A program made the translations under genes and the position numbers. From contig PXUB01000012.1 of the NCBI GenBank assembly GCA_003009755.1, positions 6,770 through 56,948 on the forward strand: DNA of 50,179 bases, written 5' to 3'. Below, piece after piece: positions 18,040-28,488 of this stretch (positions are counted from its first letter, which is position 1; each line of letters begins with the position of its first letter). Origin of the DNA: Thermoplasmatales archaeon SW_10_69_26. Lineage in GTDB: Archaea; Thermoplasmatota; SW-10-69-26. Under the pieces are notes generated by a model, which was not told the origin of the DNA, searched no databases, and saw nothing but the letters and a program-made list of their open reading frames with translations.

Positions 18040-18762
18040 ATGCCAGAAGCGGATACCTTCTCTGAACGGATGACCTTCGCCGTCCTCATCGACGGGGACA
18101 ACGCCCAACCGGCCCTCATCAAGGAGATGCTGGAGGAGGTGGGTCGCCACGGCGTCCCCACGATCCGACGCGTTTACGGTGACTGGGGCAAGGACCACAT
18201 GGGAGGATGGAGCAAGGTCATTCACGAGTACGCTCTCCAGCCGATCCAGACGTCCAGCTTCGTCGCCGGCAAGAACAGCACCGACGCCTCGCTCATTATC
18301 GACGCGATGGACATCCTCTACAGCGGGAACGTGGAAGCCTTCTGCATCGTGTCGTCCGACAGCGACTACACGCATCTCGTGATGCGGCTGCGTGAAGCCG
18401 GGAAGTTCGTCATGGTCATCGGCAACAAGCAGCGCACCGCCAGCCCGCTGATCCGGTCGACGAACCTCTTCGTCGACCCCCGCAACCTGACCTCCGACGG
18501 CCAGGACGAGGCCACCGCCGAGGGGCTCGACAAGGCTCGCCAACTGCTCACCCGTGCCTACGAACTCACCGAAGGCGACGACGGATGGGCCGAGCTGGGT
18601 GCGCTCGGCGACATGCTGCGCCAGCTCGACTCCAGCTTCGATCTGCGCGAGTACGGGGCCGAGAAGCTGCTCGACCTGATCGAGGCCAACGACGATCTCT
18701 TCGAGATCCGCCGCGAGCGCGACTCCGGTCCCAGCCCGGTCTACATCCGCAAGCGCGACTGA
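18040..18762 (+). CDS. NYN (LabA/DUF88 PIN-like) domain protein with a C-terminal OST-HTH/LOTUS domain
   Basis: AVLIDGDN, RRVYGDW, GKNSTD...IIDAMD and SSDSDY motifs; C-terminal FDLREYG..KL.DL. An alternative start lies at 17938. Confidence 0.9.
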   Translation: MPEADTFSERMTFAVLIDGDNAQPALIKEMLEEVGRHGVPTIRRVYGDWGKDHMGGWSKVIHEYALQPIQTSSFVAGKNSTDASLIIDAMDILYSGNVEAFCIVSSDSDYTHLVMRLREAGKFVMVIGNKQRTASPLIRSTNLFVDPRNLTSDGQDEATAEGLDKARQLLTRAYELTEGDDGWAELGALGDMLRQLDSSFDLREYGAEKLLDLIEANDDLFEIRRERDSGPSPVYIRKRD

Positions 18763-18888
18763 TCGAAGGCGCCGACCGGCTCTCGGGCCGCCCACCGATC
18801 GGCGACGGTGGGCTCGCTGTCCCTCTTCTCATCTGCGAGGCTCTCCCAGCGCTTAAATACGGGCGGCCGGTCAATCCCACCTCGCGCG

Positions 18889-19677
18889 ATGCCAGACACC
18901 GAGGATTGGGAACAGATGGTGGAGGACGCCATGAAGAGCGTCCGCTACGACCCGAACCTCGAGCTGGCGGACCTCCGCAAGACCGAGGCCGAGGTCTTCG
19001 ACTACCCGACGATGAAGACCCTGTCCCAGCTGATCAACGACGACGTGATCGAGACGCTGGACTTCTGCATCTCGACCGGCAAGGAGGCCAACGTCTTCCA
19101 CGGCACCGCGCCCGATGGCACCTCGCTGGCCGTCAAGATCTACCGCGTCAACACGACGACGTTCCGCCAACACCTCGAGTACCTGTGGGGCGACCGACGG
19201 TTCGACCCCGGCGGCAAGTCCGAACGCGACGTCATCTCGCTGTGGGCCAGCAAGGAGTTCCGCAACCTCCGACGGTTGCGCAACGGGAACCTGCGCGTCC
19301 CCGAACCGGTCGCCGTCGAGAACAACATCATCGTGATGGAGTACATCGGCGAGGACGAGCGGGTCGCCCCCCTGCTGAAGGACGTCGACCTCGCGGAGCC
19401 CCGGGACGGCTACGACGCCTTGGTCGACTTCATCGAGACCGCCTGGGAGGAGGCCGACCTCGTCCACGGCGACCTCTCCGCCTACAACGTGCTCGTGCAC
19501 CCACCGCACCTGATCGTGATCGACGTGGCTCAAGCGATCGTCAGCGACCACCCCCGCGCCCGCGAGCTGCTGAAGCGCGACGTCGAGAACGTCGCCAAGC
19601 ACTTCCGCTCGCGCGGTGTCGACCCCGATCCCGACGCCGTCGTCGACCGCCTGGTTCCCGCCGAGGAGGTGGCCTGA
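18889..19677 (+). CDS. rio1: RIO1-type serine/threonine kinase
   Basis: ISTGKEANVF, AVKIYR, WASKEFRNL, LVHGDLSAYN and IDVAQA motifs. TATA CTTAAATA at 18852. Confidence 0.95.
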   Translation: MPDTEDWEQMVEDAMKSVRYDPNLELADLRKTEAEVFDYPTMKTLSQLINDDVIETLDFCISTGKEANVFHGTAPDGTSLAVKIYRVNTTTFRQHLEYLWGDRRFDPGGKSERDVISLWASKEFRNLRRLRNGNLRVPEPVAVENNIIVMEYIGEDERVAPLLKDVDLAEPRDGYDALVDFIETAWEEADLVHGDLSAYNVLVHPPHLIVIDVAQAIVSDHPRARELLKRDVENVAKHFRSRGVDPDPDAVVDRLVPAEEVA

Positions 19678-20228
19678 TGGTCGAGCTCCCGATGATCCGC
19701 ATCCCGGAGGACCGCATCGGCGCCCTGATCGGGCCCGGCGGCGAGACGAAGGAGGAGATCGAGGAGCGCTCGGGCGTGCGGCTGGACATCGACAGCGGCA
19801 CCGGCGAGGTGCTCGTCGACGACGAGAACTGCTACGACCCGATCTTGGCCCTCCAGGTGCAGGACGTCGTCAAGGCCATCGGCCGCGGCTTCTCGCCCGA
19901 GAAGGCGTTCCGCCTGTGGCAGATGGACGCCTTCTTCGACATGCTCGATCTGCGCGAGTACGTCGGCGACAAGAGGAACCAGATCCAGCGCGTCAAGGGC
20001 CGCATCATCGGCGAGGGCGGCCGCACGCGCGAGCACATCGAGGCGATGACCGACGTCCACCTCACCGTGTACGGGACGACGGTCGCCTTCATCGGCGAAC
20101 CGATGGAGACCCGCGTCGCTCGCGAGGCGGTCGTCCGCCTCATCGAGGGGGCCGAGCACTCGGCCGTCTACAAGTTCCTCGAGGACAAGCGCCGCGAGCT
20201 GCGGATGAAGGACCTGGGCCTCGAGTAA
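19677..20228 (+). CDS. KH-domain pre-rRNA processing protein (Dim2/Pno1-like)
   Basis: RIGALIGPGG, KAIGRGFSPEKA, KGRIIGEGG and GAEHSAVY motifs. TGATG overlap with rio1, the conserved archaeal gene pair. Confidence 0.93.
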   Translation: MVELPMIRIPEDRIGALIGPGGETKEEIEERSGVRLDIDSGTGEVLVDDENCYDPILALQVQDVVKAIGRGFSPEKAFRLWQMDAFFDMLDLREYVGDKRNQIQRVKGRIIGEGGRTREHIEAMTDVHLTVYGTTVAFIGEPMETRVAREAVVRLIEGAEHSAVYKFLEDKRRELRMKDLGLE

Positions 20229-20258
20229 GCCCCGCCAAGCACCATGCCTCCCTCGTCG

Positions 20259-20864
20259 ATGCCCGGCACGAGCGGCTCGCCATCCTCGCCATGATCCTGA
20301 TGACGCCCGTCCTCGCCGGGTGCGCCTCGCCCGCCGACGGCGACCCGCTCCAACGCGAGTTCCACGTCGAGACGACGGACGTCGACCCCGACCAGGAGCG
20401 CGGCGAGGACGAGTTCTGGATGATCTGGATCCGCGGCAACGAGACCGACGAACGCGCCAACCAAGCCGTCTGCTCGCGGCTGCCCCCGGACCCCCAGTCG
20501 ACCCCGTGAACCGATCGATCGTCTACGACATCAGGACCTACACCTTCGAGCCGGCCAACGTGACGACGATGCTGGCCTTCGACCACGCGGACACCAGCTC
20601 CTCCTGCCCGGAGGCCGAGCACCTCTTGCCGACCCCGACCCCGGCCACACCGACACCCTCGGCGGCTAGGGTCCCTTGAGCCTCACCGTGCGCGAGGAGG
20701 GGCTCCTCCTGCTCGACGACCGGGCCATCCCCCTCGGCGAGGCCGCCAACGTGACCTAGGAGGGCGTGCCCGAGGACCCCGACCAGCTGGGCGTCGACGG
20801 CTCCTTCCGCGCCGAGAACCTCGGCGCGTGGGATCAGGCCAACCTGACCGCCGGCGGACCGTGA
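20259..20864 (+). pseudogene. Disrupted lipoprotein, paralog of 20915-21511
   Basis: LAGC lipobox; VDPDQ..EDEFWMIWIRG, LAFDH and VDGSFRAENLGAW fall in different frames; in-frame TAGs at 20667 and 20757. Confidence 0.8.
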
Positions 20865-20914
20865 GGCGGCCGACCCCGCAGGCCTTTATGTGGCCAGCCT
20901 CCGTTCCTTCGCCC

Positions 20915-21511
20915 ATGCCGGGGCCGCGCCTGCTCGCCGCCCTCGTCCTCCTCTCCGTGCCTCTCACCGGCTGCATCGGACAAGCCGACGGCATCGAGCG
21001 CGAGCTCGAGGTCGTGGACGGCGATGTCGACCCCGACCAGGCCCGCGACGAGGACGAGTTCTGGATGGTCTGGATCCGCGGCAGCGAGCTCGACGTGCGC
21101 GACCCCCAGTTCGTGTGCTCCCGCATCCCGCCCGACTACCGCATCGATGCCGCCAACTGGACGCTCGTCTACGACAACCGCTCCTACAGCTTCACGCCCG
21201 GCGAGGTCGACGTGCTCCTCGCCTTCGACCACGAGGACCACAGCTCCGGCTGCGCCGCAGCCGAGCACCTCGTCGCCAACCCCGGGCTCGGCTACACCGA
21301 GACGACGGGCGCCTACGGCGAGCTGACCGTGACCGTCGAGGCCGACGGCACGCTCGTCGTCGACGGCCACCGGGTCCCGCTCGGCTCGATGCTCGAGGCC
21401 TCCTACGAGGGGGACCCGCCCGGCCCCCAGCGGGTGCGCGTGGACGGCAGCTTCCGCGTCGAGAACCTCGGCGCCTGGCCCCACCAACACCTGGAACGGG
21501 GGGATCCCTGA
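20915..21511 (+). CDS. Lipoprotein of unknown function
   Basis: Lipobox LTGC. TATA-like CTTTAT at 20884. Confidence 0.8.
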   Translation: MPGPRLLAALVLLSVPLTGCIGQADGIERELEVVDGDVDPDQARDEDEFWMVWIRGSELDVRDPQFVCSRIPPDYRIDAANWTLVYDNRSYSFTPGEVDVLLAFDHEDHSSGCAAAEHLVANPGLGYTETTGAYGELTVTVEADGTLVVDGHRVPLGSMLEASYEGDPPGPQRVRVDGSFRVENLGAWPHQHLERGDP

Positions 21512-21602
21512 CCCGCGAGCGGGTCGGGGGAGAACCGAAAGGCAGACGTATCGACGGCCCAACGTGAAAGCAAGTGCCCCTGCCGGACGCAAGGAGGATC
21601 CG

Positions 21603-22142
21603 ATGAAGCTGATCCGCCGGTTCCGCAAGTGGCTCTCCCGCCTCACCAGCGAGGGGTTGTACGCCCGCGTCAAGGGCCGCGAGCTGCTGGATCACGAGGC
21701 CCGCGAGGAGATCCTCTCCATGCTCAAGCGCGAGCCCGGCCTGTGCTTCCAGGAGATCCAGGACCGCATCGGGCTGGCCCCAGGCACCACGCGATGGCAT
21801 CTCGACAAGCTGGCGTCCTCGGACTTCGTCACCAGCGACGAGGACGGCCGCCACACCCGCTTCTTCCCGACCGGGCTCGACGCCGGCACGCGCAAGGCCG
21901 TCGTCGCGATGCGCGACGAGTCCCGCCTGGCGCTGGTCCGCATGATCGAACGCAACCCCGAGCTCAGCCAGTCCGACCTGGCCGAGGCCACCGGCCTGGC
22001 CCAGTCCACCGTCAGCCACCACCTGGGCCGCCTCGTCGAGGACGGCATCGTCGACAAGCACCGCGACGGACGCTCGGTGCGCTACGCGATCGAGGACGAG
22101 ATGACCAAACCCGTGCGCCAAGCCAAGCGCTACGTGCTGTGA
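21603..22142 (+). CDS. Tandem winged-helix (ArsR-like) transcriptional regulator
   Basis: Two HTH units: EPGLCFQEIQDRIGLAPGTTRWHL and NPELSQSDLAEATGLAQSTVSHHL. Confidence 0.88.
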   Translation: MKLIRRFRKWLSRLTSEGLYARVKGRELLDHEAREEILSMLKREPGLCFQEIQDRIGLAPGTTRWHLDKLASSDFVTSDEDGRHTRFFPTGLDAGTRKAVVAMRDESRLALVRMIERNPELSQSDLAEATGLAQSTVSHHLGRLVEDGIVDKHRDGRSVRYAIEDEMTKPVRQAKRYVL

Positions 22143-22206
22143 ACGGCCGCGGGCCGGCCGATAGCCAAGGCTTCATGACGGACGAGCGGTTGTGAAGGCT
22201 ACACTC

Positions 22207-22413
22207 ATGGGTGCTTCCCTCGCGGACCATGGTCAGGCCGACCCCGAGCTGACGCGAACCTGCCACATCTGCGGCGACCCCGTCGACAGCGACGTCTGGT
22301 ACGCCCGGACCGAGGCCGACGAGCAGGGGCCCCGCCGCGTGTATTGCTGCCCCGACTGCTACTTCGATCTGTCCGGCGAGGCACGGGACACCTACTACCG
22401 GGAGCGCGTCTGA
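22207..22413 (+). CDS. Small zinc-finger-like protein
   Basis: CHICG and YCCPDC motifs. Confidence 0.65.
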   Translation: MGASLADHGQADPELTRTCHICGDPVDSDVWYARTEADEQGPRRVYCCPDCYFDLSGEARDTYYRERV

Positions 22414-22464
22414 CCCTCCCCGTTCGACCCATCCTTTGATCCGTGGCGGTCCGTATATTCTCCC

Positions 22465-23556
22465 GTGGACGGGAGGCTGACCGCTCGAGCTCCGCTTCTC
22501 GCTGTGACGGCTATCCTTCTCCTCGCGGGCACGCAGGCCCCTAGCCTCAGCGCAGGCGTCGTCTCGCCTGCTCCGACCGAAAAGATTCCGGCCGCCGCTC
22601 CCGACAGCCTCGACGATCCGATCGCCGCCGAGGACGACACGCTCGTCGTCCGCAACGGCGACACCACCGATGTTCACCGCGCGACCGGGCCCCACGCCTG
22701 GGACCGAGAAGCTGAGATCTCCCCGCCCAGCGAGGCCTCCGAGTGGTTCGGCTGGTCGATCGACGTCGACGGGGATCGCATCGCCGTCGGCGACCCGGTG
22801 ACAGATGGATCCCGGGGCGCCGTCTTCGTCTACGAGCGAAGCGTCGGCGAAGGCTGGGTCCACACGCAGACGCTTCACCCCGACGACACCGAATACGCGT
22901 GGTTCGGAGAGACCGTCGTGGCCGAGGACGATCACATCGCGGTCGCCGCCCCCGACGACGGGACGGGGCCGGCCGCCTACAGGGGAGTCGTCTACGTCTT
23001 CGATTCCAGCGGGGACCGGCTCTCGCTCGAGGCCAAGCTGTCCGCGGAGGACAGCACGGGCGAGGATCTCGGCATGGACGCTGGCAACGTTGTCTTCGAG
23101 GGTAGCCATGACCTCTACGCGGCCGAGGATCTGGGATCCCAGGGATGGAGCCAGCCCCAGACGATCCCCGCCCCGGACGGCTTCCACGTCTCCTCGATCA
23201 TCGTCGAAGAGCAGACGATGGTCGTCGACACCGTCTGCCAGGCGTGCGGCACTTTCCCCGGAGCCAGCGGAGAGATGGCCTTCTACCAGTCGACCGAAGA
23301 CGGCTGGCAGATCGACGAGCGCCGACAGCATGACTACCCGATGGCTCTTCACGGAGCCGAGGCTCTCGTCGGAGCTTTGTTCACCCCCGAGCTGCACGAG
23401 CGTGGCCTCGATGGCGACTGGGAGCGGCAGCAGCATCTGGCCCCCTTCGCCTGGGGACCGAGCGAGCTCACCGACAGCCACGCCCTCATCCTCGACGAGG
23501 CGGACAACGCCACGTACTCGTTCGCGCTCGACCCCGTGCCGCAGCCGTCCCCCTGA
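22465..23556 (+). CDS. Secreted FG-GAP repeat (beta-propeller) protein
   Basis: Signal peptide; WFGWSIDVDGDRIAVGDP...GAVFVY and WFGETVV...IAVAAP...GVVYVF repeats. Confidence 0.75.
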   Translation: MDGRLTARAPLLAVTAILLLAGTQAPSLSAGVVSPAPTEKIPAAAPDSLDDPIAAEDDTLVVRNGDTTDVHRATGPHAWDREAEISPPSEASEWFGWSIDVDGDRIAVGDPVTDGSRGAVFVYERSVGEGWVHTQTLHPDDTEYAWFGETVVAEDDHIAVAAPDDGTGPAAYRGVVYVFDSSGDRLSLEAKLSAEDSTGEDLGMDAGNVVFEGSHDLYAAEDLGSQGWSQPQTIPAPDGFHVSSIIVEEQTMVVDTVCQACGTFPGASGEMAFYQSTEDGWQIDERRQHDYPMALHGAEALVGALFTPELHERGLDGDWERQQHLAPFAWGPSELTDSHALILDEADNATYSFALDPVPQPSP

Positions 23557-23621
23557 TCTGTCCACGGGCTCGGACGCCCCAGAACTAACTTAAGCGTCGA
23601 CCGGATAGACTCGCGTCCTCC

Positions 23622-26552
23622 ATGGCCCCCGACAGCGACGCGGACCCCGAGCAGGGGGAAGATCTGGATCTCGCCGCCGTCGAGGAGCGCGCCGCCGCCG
23701 CCTGGGACGAGCAGGGCCTCCACGAGGCCGAGCCCGAGCCCGGCACGGAGTCGTTCTTCGCCACCTACCCCTACTCGTACATGAACGCCGTGCCCCACAT
23801 CGGGCACGCCTACACGATGGCGCGCACGGACTTCATGGTCCGCTTCCAGCGGATGCTCGGCAAGAACACGCTGTTCCCCTTCGCCTACCACGTGACCGGG
23901 ACCCCGATCGTGGCGGCCGCCGAGCGCATCCAGGAAGGCGATGAAGACCAGATCGACCAGCTCGTCGACCAGGGCATCCCGGAGGACGAGGTCGAGGACT
24001 TCGACGATCCCGAGCACTGGATCGAGTCCTTCCCCAAGCTGTGGCAGCGCGACGCCGACGATCTCGGCCTGATGATCGACTGGCGGCGGGACTTCCACAC
24101 CACCGACCTCAACCCCTTCTACGACGCGTTCGTCCGCTGGCAGTTCCGCCAGCTCGAAGACGAGGGCCTCGTCCGCCGCGGGGAGCACCCGGTCGTCTGG
24201 GATCCCGTGGAGGGCTCGGTGCTCTCCGACCACGACCGACGCGAGGGCGAGGGCGTCTCCCCCGAGGAGTACACGCTCATCAAGCTGCACGACCCCGAGG
24301 GCGACCGGCACCTGCTGGCGGCCACCCTGCGACCCGAGACGATGTTCGGGCAGACCAACGTCTGGATCGATCCCGAGGAGACCTACGTCGAGCTCGAGCA
24401 CGAGGGCGAGCGGTGGGTCGTCGCCGAGCCGGTCGTCGACGCGTTCGGCTACCAGTTCGACCCGATCGAGGAGACCGGCCAGACGTGGACCGGCCGCGAG
24501 CTCGTCGGCCTGCGCGTCGAGGCGCCGGCCACCGACCGCCGGATCCCGGTGCTGCCGGGTTCGTTCGTCTCTGCCGAGGTCGGCACCGGCATCGTCACAA
24601 GCGTCCCCAGCGACGCCCCCGACGACTACCGCGCCCTGCTCGACCTCCAACAGGACCCCGACCGCATGGAGGCGTTCGGGCTCGATCCCGAGGAGATCCA
24701 AGCCATCGAACCGATCGCGATCATCGACACGCCCGGCATGGGCGACCTCCCCGCCGTCGACGTCGTCGCGGAGCGATCGATCGAGAGCCAGGCCGACCGC
24801 CAAGCCCTCGAGGAGGCCAAGGAGGAGGTCTACAAGCGCGGCTTCTACGAGGGCACGATGAAGCCCGAGCTCGCTCGGGTCGGCGGCGACCCCGTCCAGG
24901 AAGCCAAGGACACCGTGCAGGACTGGCTCGTCGCCGAGGGCGAGGCCGAGGTCTTCTACGAGCTCGCCGACGAGGTCGTCTCCCGCGGTGGCGCCGAAGG
25001 CGTCGTCAAGATCGTCGACGACCAGTGGTTCATGGCCTACGGCGACGAGGACTGGAAACACGAGGTCCACCGCGCCTTCGAGGAGACGATCGACTGCTTC
25101 CCCGAGGACGTCGAGCAGCAGTTCGACCACGTCGTCGACTGGCTGGACGACTGGGCCTGCACCCGCGCCACCGGGCTCGGCACCAAGCTTCCCTGGGACG
25201 ACCAGTGGATCATCGAGTCGCTGTCCGACTCGACGATCTACATGGCCTACTACACGATCGCCCACCTGCTCGAGGACACCGACGTCGAGGCCGACGACGT
25301 CTACGACAACGACGAGCTGTTCAGCTACGTCTTCCTCGGCGAGGGCGAGGCCGCCGACGCCACCAAGGGCAGCCTGACCGAGGACCGCATCGAACGGATG
25401 CGCGAGGAGTTCCTCCACTGGTACCCGGTCGACTTCCGCAACTCCGGCAAGGACCTCATCCAGAACCATCTCACGTTCATGGTGTTCAACCACGTGGCCC
25501 TGTTCGACCAGGAGCACTGGCCGCGTGGTCTCAGCGTCAACGGCTGGGTCACGATCGACGGCGAGAAGATGAGCAAATCGAAGGGCAACTTCATCACGCT
25601 GCGGGAAGCCCTCGACGAGTTCGGCGCCACCGCGACCCGGCTGGGCCTCGCCAACGCCGGCGAAGGCCTCGACGACGCGAACTTCGACCGCGAGTTCGCC
25701 AGCAACGTCGACCGCCGGCTGCGCCGCTGGCACGAGCAGGTCACCCGGCCGCCCGAGCACACGCGCTCGGGCGAGCTGACCTCCGCCGACCGCTGGCTTT
25801 TGGCCCGCCTGGCCGAGCTCACCGGCCAGGCCCGCCAGGCCTACGAGGACGCGATGTTCCGCTCGGCGCTGCAGTCGGCCTTCTTCGACGTGATGAGCGC
25901 CTGGAACCGCTACCGGCGCCGCGCGCTGGGCGAGATCCACGAGGACGTCTGGGAGACCTTCGCCGATCGGGCCATCCGGCTTCTCACCCCGATCGTGCCC
26001 CACCTGACCCGCCACGCCTGGCGGGAGGGCGGCCACGAGGGCCACGCGATCGACCAGGCCTTCCCCGAGCCCGAGCCGCCCGAGGACGCCCAAGCCGCCC
26101 GCGCCGCCGAAGAGCTGATCCAGCAGGTCATCGACGACACGCGCGACATCGAGCAGGCCACCGGCGAGACCCCGGACGAGGTGCGCGTGTTCACCGCGCC
26201 CGACTGGAAGCACGCGATCGTCGAGACGGCCGTCCAGCTCGAGGACAAAGGCGAGCTGAACCCCGGCTCGCTGACGGGCCGCGTCATGCAAAACGATGCG
26301 ATCAAGCAGCACGGCTCGGACGCCGCCGACTTCGCCCAGTCGACCGCCGAGAAGCTGTCCCGCGGCCCCGCGCCGTCCTTGGACGTCGACGAGCCGGCCG
26401 TGCTGGAGGAGGCCCGCACGTTCCTCGAGCAGGAGCTGGACTGCACCGTGCGCGTGTTCCGCGCCGGCGAGGCCGAGGACGTCGAGGACGGCGGCAAGGC
26501 CGACCGCGCCGAGCCCGGCCGACCCGGCATCTACGTCGAGGCGAGCGCATGA
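23622..26552 (+). CDS. leuS: Leucyl-tRNA synthetase, archaeal type
   Basis: YPYSYMN..PHIGH, ATLRPET, GTGIVTSVPSDAPDD, SGKDLIQNHL and KMSKS motifs. Confidence 0.97.
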   Translation: MAPDSDADPEQGEDLDLAAVEERAAAAWDEQGLHEAEPEPGTESFFATYPYSYMNAVPHIGHAYTMARTDFMVRFQRMLGKNTLFPFAYHVTGTPIVAAAERIQEGDEDQIDQLVDQGIPEDEVEDFDDPEHWIESFPKLWQRDADDLGLMIDWRRDFHTTDLNPFYDAFVRWQFRQLEDEGLVRRGEHPVVWDPVEGSVLSDHDRREGEGVSPEEYTLIKLHDPEGDRHLLAATLRPETMFGQTNVWIDPEETYVELEHEGERWVVAEPVVDAFGYQFDPIEETGQTWTGRELVGLRVEAPATDRRIPVLPGSFVSAEVGTGIVTSVPSDAPDDYRALLDLQQDPDRMEAFGLDPEEIQAIEPIAIIDTPGMGDLPAVDVVAERSIESQADRQALEEAKEEVYKRGFYEGTMKPELARVGGDPVQEAKDTVQDWLVAEGEAEVFYELADEVVSRGGAEGVVKIVDDQWFMAYGDEDWKHEVHRAFEETIDCFPEDVEQQFDHVVDWLDDWACTRATGLGTKLPWDDQWIIESLSDSTIYMAYYTIAHLLEDTDVEADDVYDNDELFSYVFLGEGEAADATKGSLTEDRIERMREEFLHWYPVDFRNSGKDLIQNHLTFMVFNHVALFDQEHWPRGLSVNGWVTIDGEKMSKSKGNFITLREALDEFGATATRLGLANAGEGLDDANFDREFASNVDRRLRRWHEQVTRPPEHTRSGELTSADRWLLARLAELTGQARQAYEDAMFRSALQSAFFDVMSAWNRYRRRALGEIHEDVWETFADRAIRLLTPIVPHLTRHAWREGGHEGHAIDQAFPEPEPPEDAQAARAAEELIQQVIDDTRDIEQATGETPDEVRVFTAPDWKHAIVETAVQLEDKGELNPGSLTGRVMQNDAIKQHGSDAADFAQSTAEKLSRGPAPSLDVDEPAVLEEARTFLEQELDCTVRVFRAGEAEDVEDGGKADRAEPGRPGIYVEASA

Positions 26553-27088
26553 GCGTCCCCCGCCCCGACTGGATGCTGGACCTCGCCCGCGAAGCCGAGG
26601 GCGGCTCGCCCTCGCAGCTGCTCGACCAGGCGATCGCCATCGCAACCGAGAGCGCCCGCCGCGGGCACGGCCCCTTCGGAGCCATCGTCGCCGACGCCGG
26701 GGGCGCGATCGTCGCCGCCGGGCACAACCGCGTGATCGCCGACCGCGATTCGACGATGCACGCCGAGATCCACGCGATCCGCGCCGCCGAGCACGAGCTC
26801 GCCAGCCACGACCTCGGCGCGGGCGAGCCGTTGACGATGTACGCCAGCTGCGAGCCCTGCGTGATGTGCTTCGGTGCGATCTACTGGAGCGGCCTGCAGC
26901 GCATCGCGGCCGCCGCGCCCGCCGAAGCTGCCGAAGCCCTGGGCTTTGAAGAGGGTCCCGTCACCGCCGCCATGTGGGCCACCGCCCGCGAGGACAAGGG
27001 CCTCGTCCGGACGGAGGGCGTCGAACCCACGCGGGATCCCCACCAACCATTTGCCGTCTATCGAGAGGGCAACGGCGAGATCTATTAG
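26549..27088 (+). CDS. Zn-dependent nucleoside/guanine deaminase (CDA superfamily)
   Basis: GPFGA, HAEIHAIR and SCEPCVMC motifs. ATGA overlap with leuS. Confidence 0.9.
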   Translation: MSVPRPDWMLDLAREAEGGSPSQLLDQAIAIATESARRGHGPFGAIVADAGGAIVAAGHNRVIADRDSTMHAEIHAIRAAEHELASHDLGAGEPLTMYASCEPCVMCFGAIYWSGLQRIAAAAPAEAAEALGFEEGPVTAAMWATAREDKGLVRTEGVEPTRDPHQPFAVYREGNGEIY

Positions 27089-27133
27089 CCGGGCCCCACG
27101 CCACTTTTCAACCACGATGGTGCTGGCCGCAGC

Positions 27134-28108
27134 GTGAAGGCCACCGCCCGCGCCCACCCGATCCAGGGCCTCATCAAGTACCACGGGCTCGCGGACTTCG
27201 AGACCCGTCAACCGCTGCACGACTCGATCAGCGTGTGCGTGGCCCCGTTGGCCACGACGACCACCGTCGAACCGGTCGACGGCGAGGACGAGATCGAGAT
27301 CGACGACGTGCAGGTCACGGGCCGCGCCAAGGAGCGCGCGGTCCAGGTGCTCGACGGCGTGCGGGCCCGCGCCGACACCGAGACCGGGTTCCGCGTCGTC
27401 TCCCGGTCGACCTTCCCCCAAGGTGTCGGGCTGGGCTCCTCGAGCAGCGGGTTCGCCGCGCTCGCGCACGCCGCCCAGGCCGCCCTCGGCCTCGATCTGC
27501 CCCGCACCGAGACGGCTCGCATCGCTCGCGTGGGCGCCGGCTCGGCCACGCGGGCCACCGCCGGCGGCGTCGCCGACTGGTTCATCGAGGACACCGACGA
27601 CGGCTACGACTCCACGGCCGAGATGATGGCCGGGCCCCAGGAGCTCGACTGGCCGGTCTTGATGGCCCTGGTGGACCACACCGAGGAGACCGAGAACGTC
27701 CACCGCGACGTGATGGCCTCCCCCTTGATCGAGGGTCGCCGCGACTACGTGGAAGGCGCCTTGGAGAACATGCGGGAGGCGGTGGACGCCGGCGACCGCG
27801 AGCGGATGTTCCGCCTGGCCGAGCGCGACACGCTGAGCCTGCACGCGGTCACGATGACCGGCGAACGCGGCCGGTTCACCTGGCAACCGGCGACCGTCGC
27901 CGTCGCGCGCGCCGTGTGGGAGCTGCGCGACGAGCACGACGTGCCCGCCTGGTTCTCGATCGACACCGGCGCCACGCCCTACATCAACACCCTGCCGGGC
28001 CACCAAGACGAGGTCGCCGAGAGCCTGGTCCAGATCGACGGCGTCGAGAAGGTGCTGCGCGGCTCGGTGGGCGGACCCGTGCGCCTCGTCGACGAGGACC
28101 TGTTGTGA
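27134..28108 (+). CDS. mvaD: Phosphomevalonate decarboxylase (haloarchaea-type GHMP-kinase family)
   Basis: N-terminus KATARAHPIQGLIKYHG; HDSISVC; GLGSSSSGFAAL; FSIDTGA. Confidence 0.85.
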   Translation: MKATARAHPIQGLIKYHGLADFETRQPLHDSISVCVAPLATTTTVEPVDGEDEIEIDDVQVTGRAKERAVQVLDGVRARADTETGFRVVSRSTFPQGVGLGSSSSGFAALAHAAQAALGLDLPRTETARIARVGAGSATRATAGGVADWFIEDTDDGYDSTAEMMAGPQELDWPVLMALVDHTEETENVHRDVMASPLIEGRRDYVEGALENMREAVDAGDRERMFRLAERDTLSLHAVTMTGERGRFTWQPATVAVARAVWELRDEHDVPAWFSIDTGATPYINTLPGHQDEVAESLVQIDGVEKVLRGSVGGPVRLVDEDLL

Positions 28109-28268
28109 CCATCCCGAGCCGCTCCTCGCAAGCGAGGGCCCGACGGAACCGCCAAGCCAGGCCGCCCCGATCGGCCACCCCATGGCCGCGCACCGGCTGC
28201 TCCCGCACTAGCGGGCCGAGGCCCACCAGCAGGCCCTCAACGACAACGAGGCCGACGCCGAGGCCGAC

Positions 28269-28478
28269 TTGAACCGGGAGGGGCCGCTGGCCAGGGAGGT
28301 GCGCGCCACGCTGGCCAACGTGCCCCGGTGGCTGGACGAGATCTTCGCCCTGCAAGCCGCCGGCCGGCTGGAAGCCGCCTGGCTGACCAGTCACCGCAGG
28401 AGCCTGAGCCAGGCGCCGGAGGCCTACCGCGTCTTCGACGAGCACGAGACCCTCAAGGTCGTGTTCGACGAGATCTGA
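28269..28478 (+). pseudogene. C-terminal remnant of a Zn-dependent MDR alcohol dehydrogenase
   Basis: LTSHRRSLSQAPEAYRVFDEHETLKVVF resembles an MDR C-terminus; no N-terminal part is present. Confidence 0.55.
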
Positions 28479-28488
28479 ACAGCGCAGA

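Noticed and set aside
18585-19676. 547-aa ORF extending the KH protein
   Set aside because: Off-frame shadow of rio1; the real start is ATG 19677.
20667-20759. Pyrrolysine or amber read-through in the lipoprotein duplicate
   Set aside because: The gene also has frameshifts, TAG is a normal stop for aspS, nadX and ALDH, and no pyl genes are seen.
24041-26548. 1015-aa ORF suggesting a giant deaminase
   Set aside because: Arg-rich off-frame shadow of leuS; the deaminase starts at ATG 26549.
23349-26645. Long antisense and alternative-frame ORFs (here and, for example, 5359-7722, 33937-36450, 46773-49718)
   Set aside because: Expected stop-poor shadows of real genes in very GC-rich DNA; they carry no recognisable motifs.
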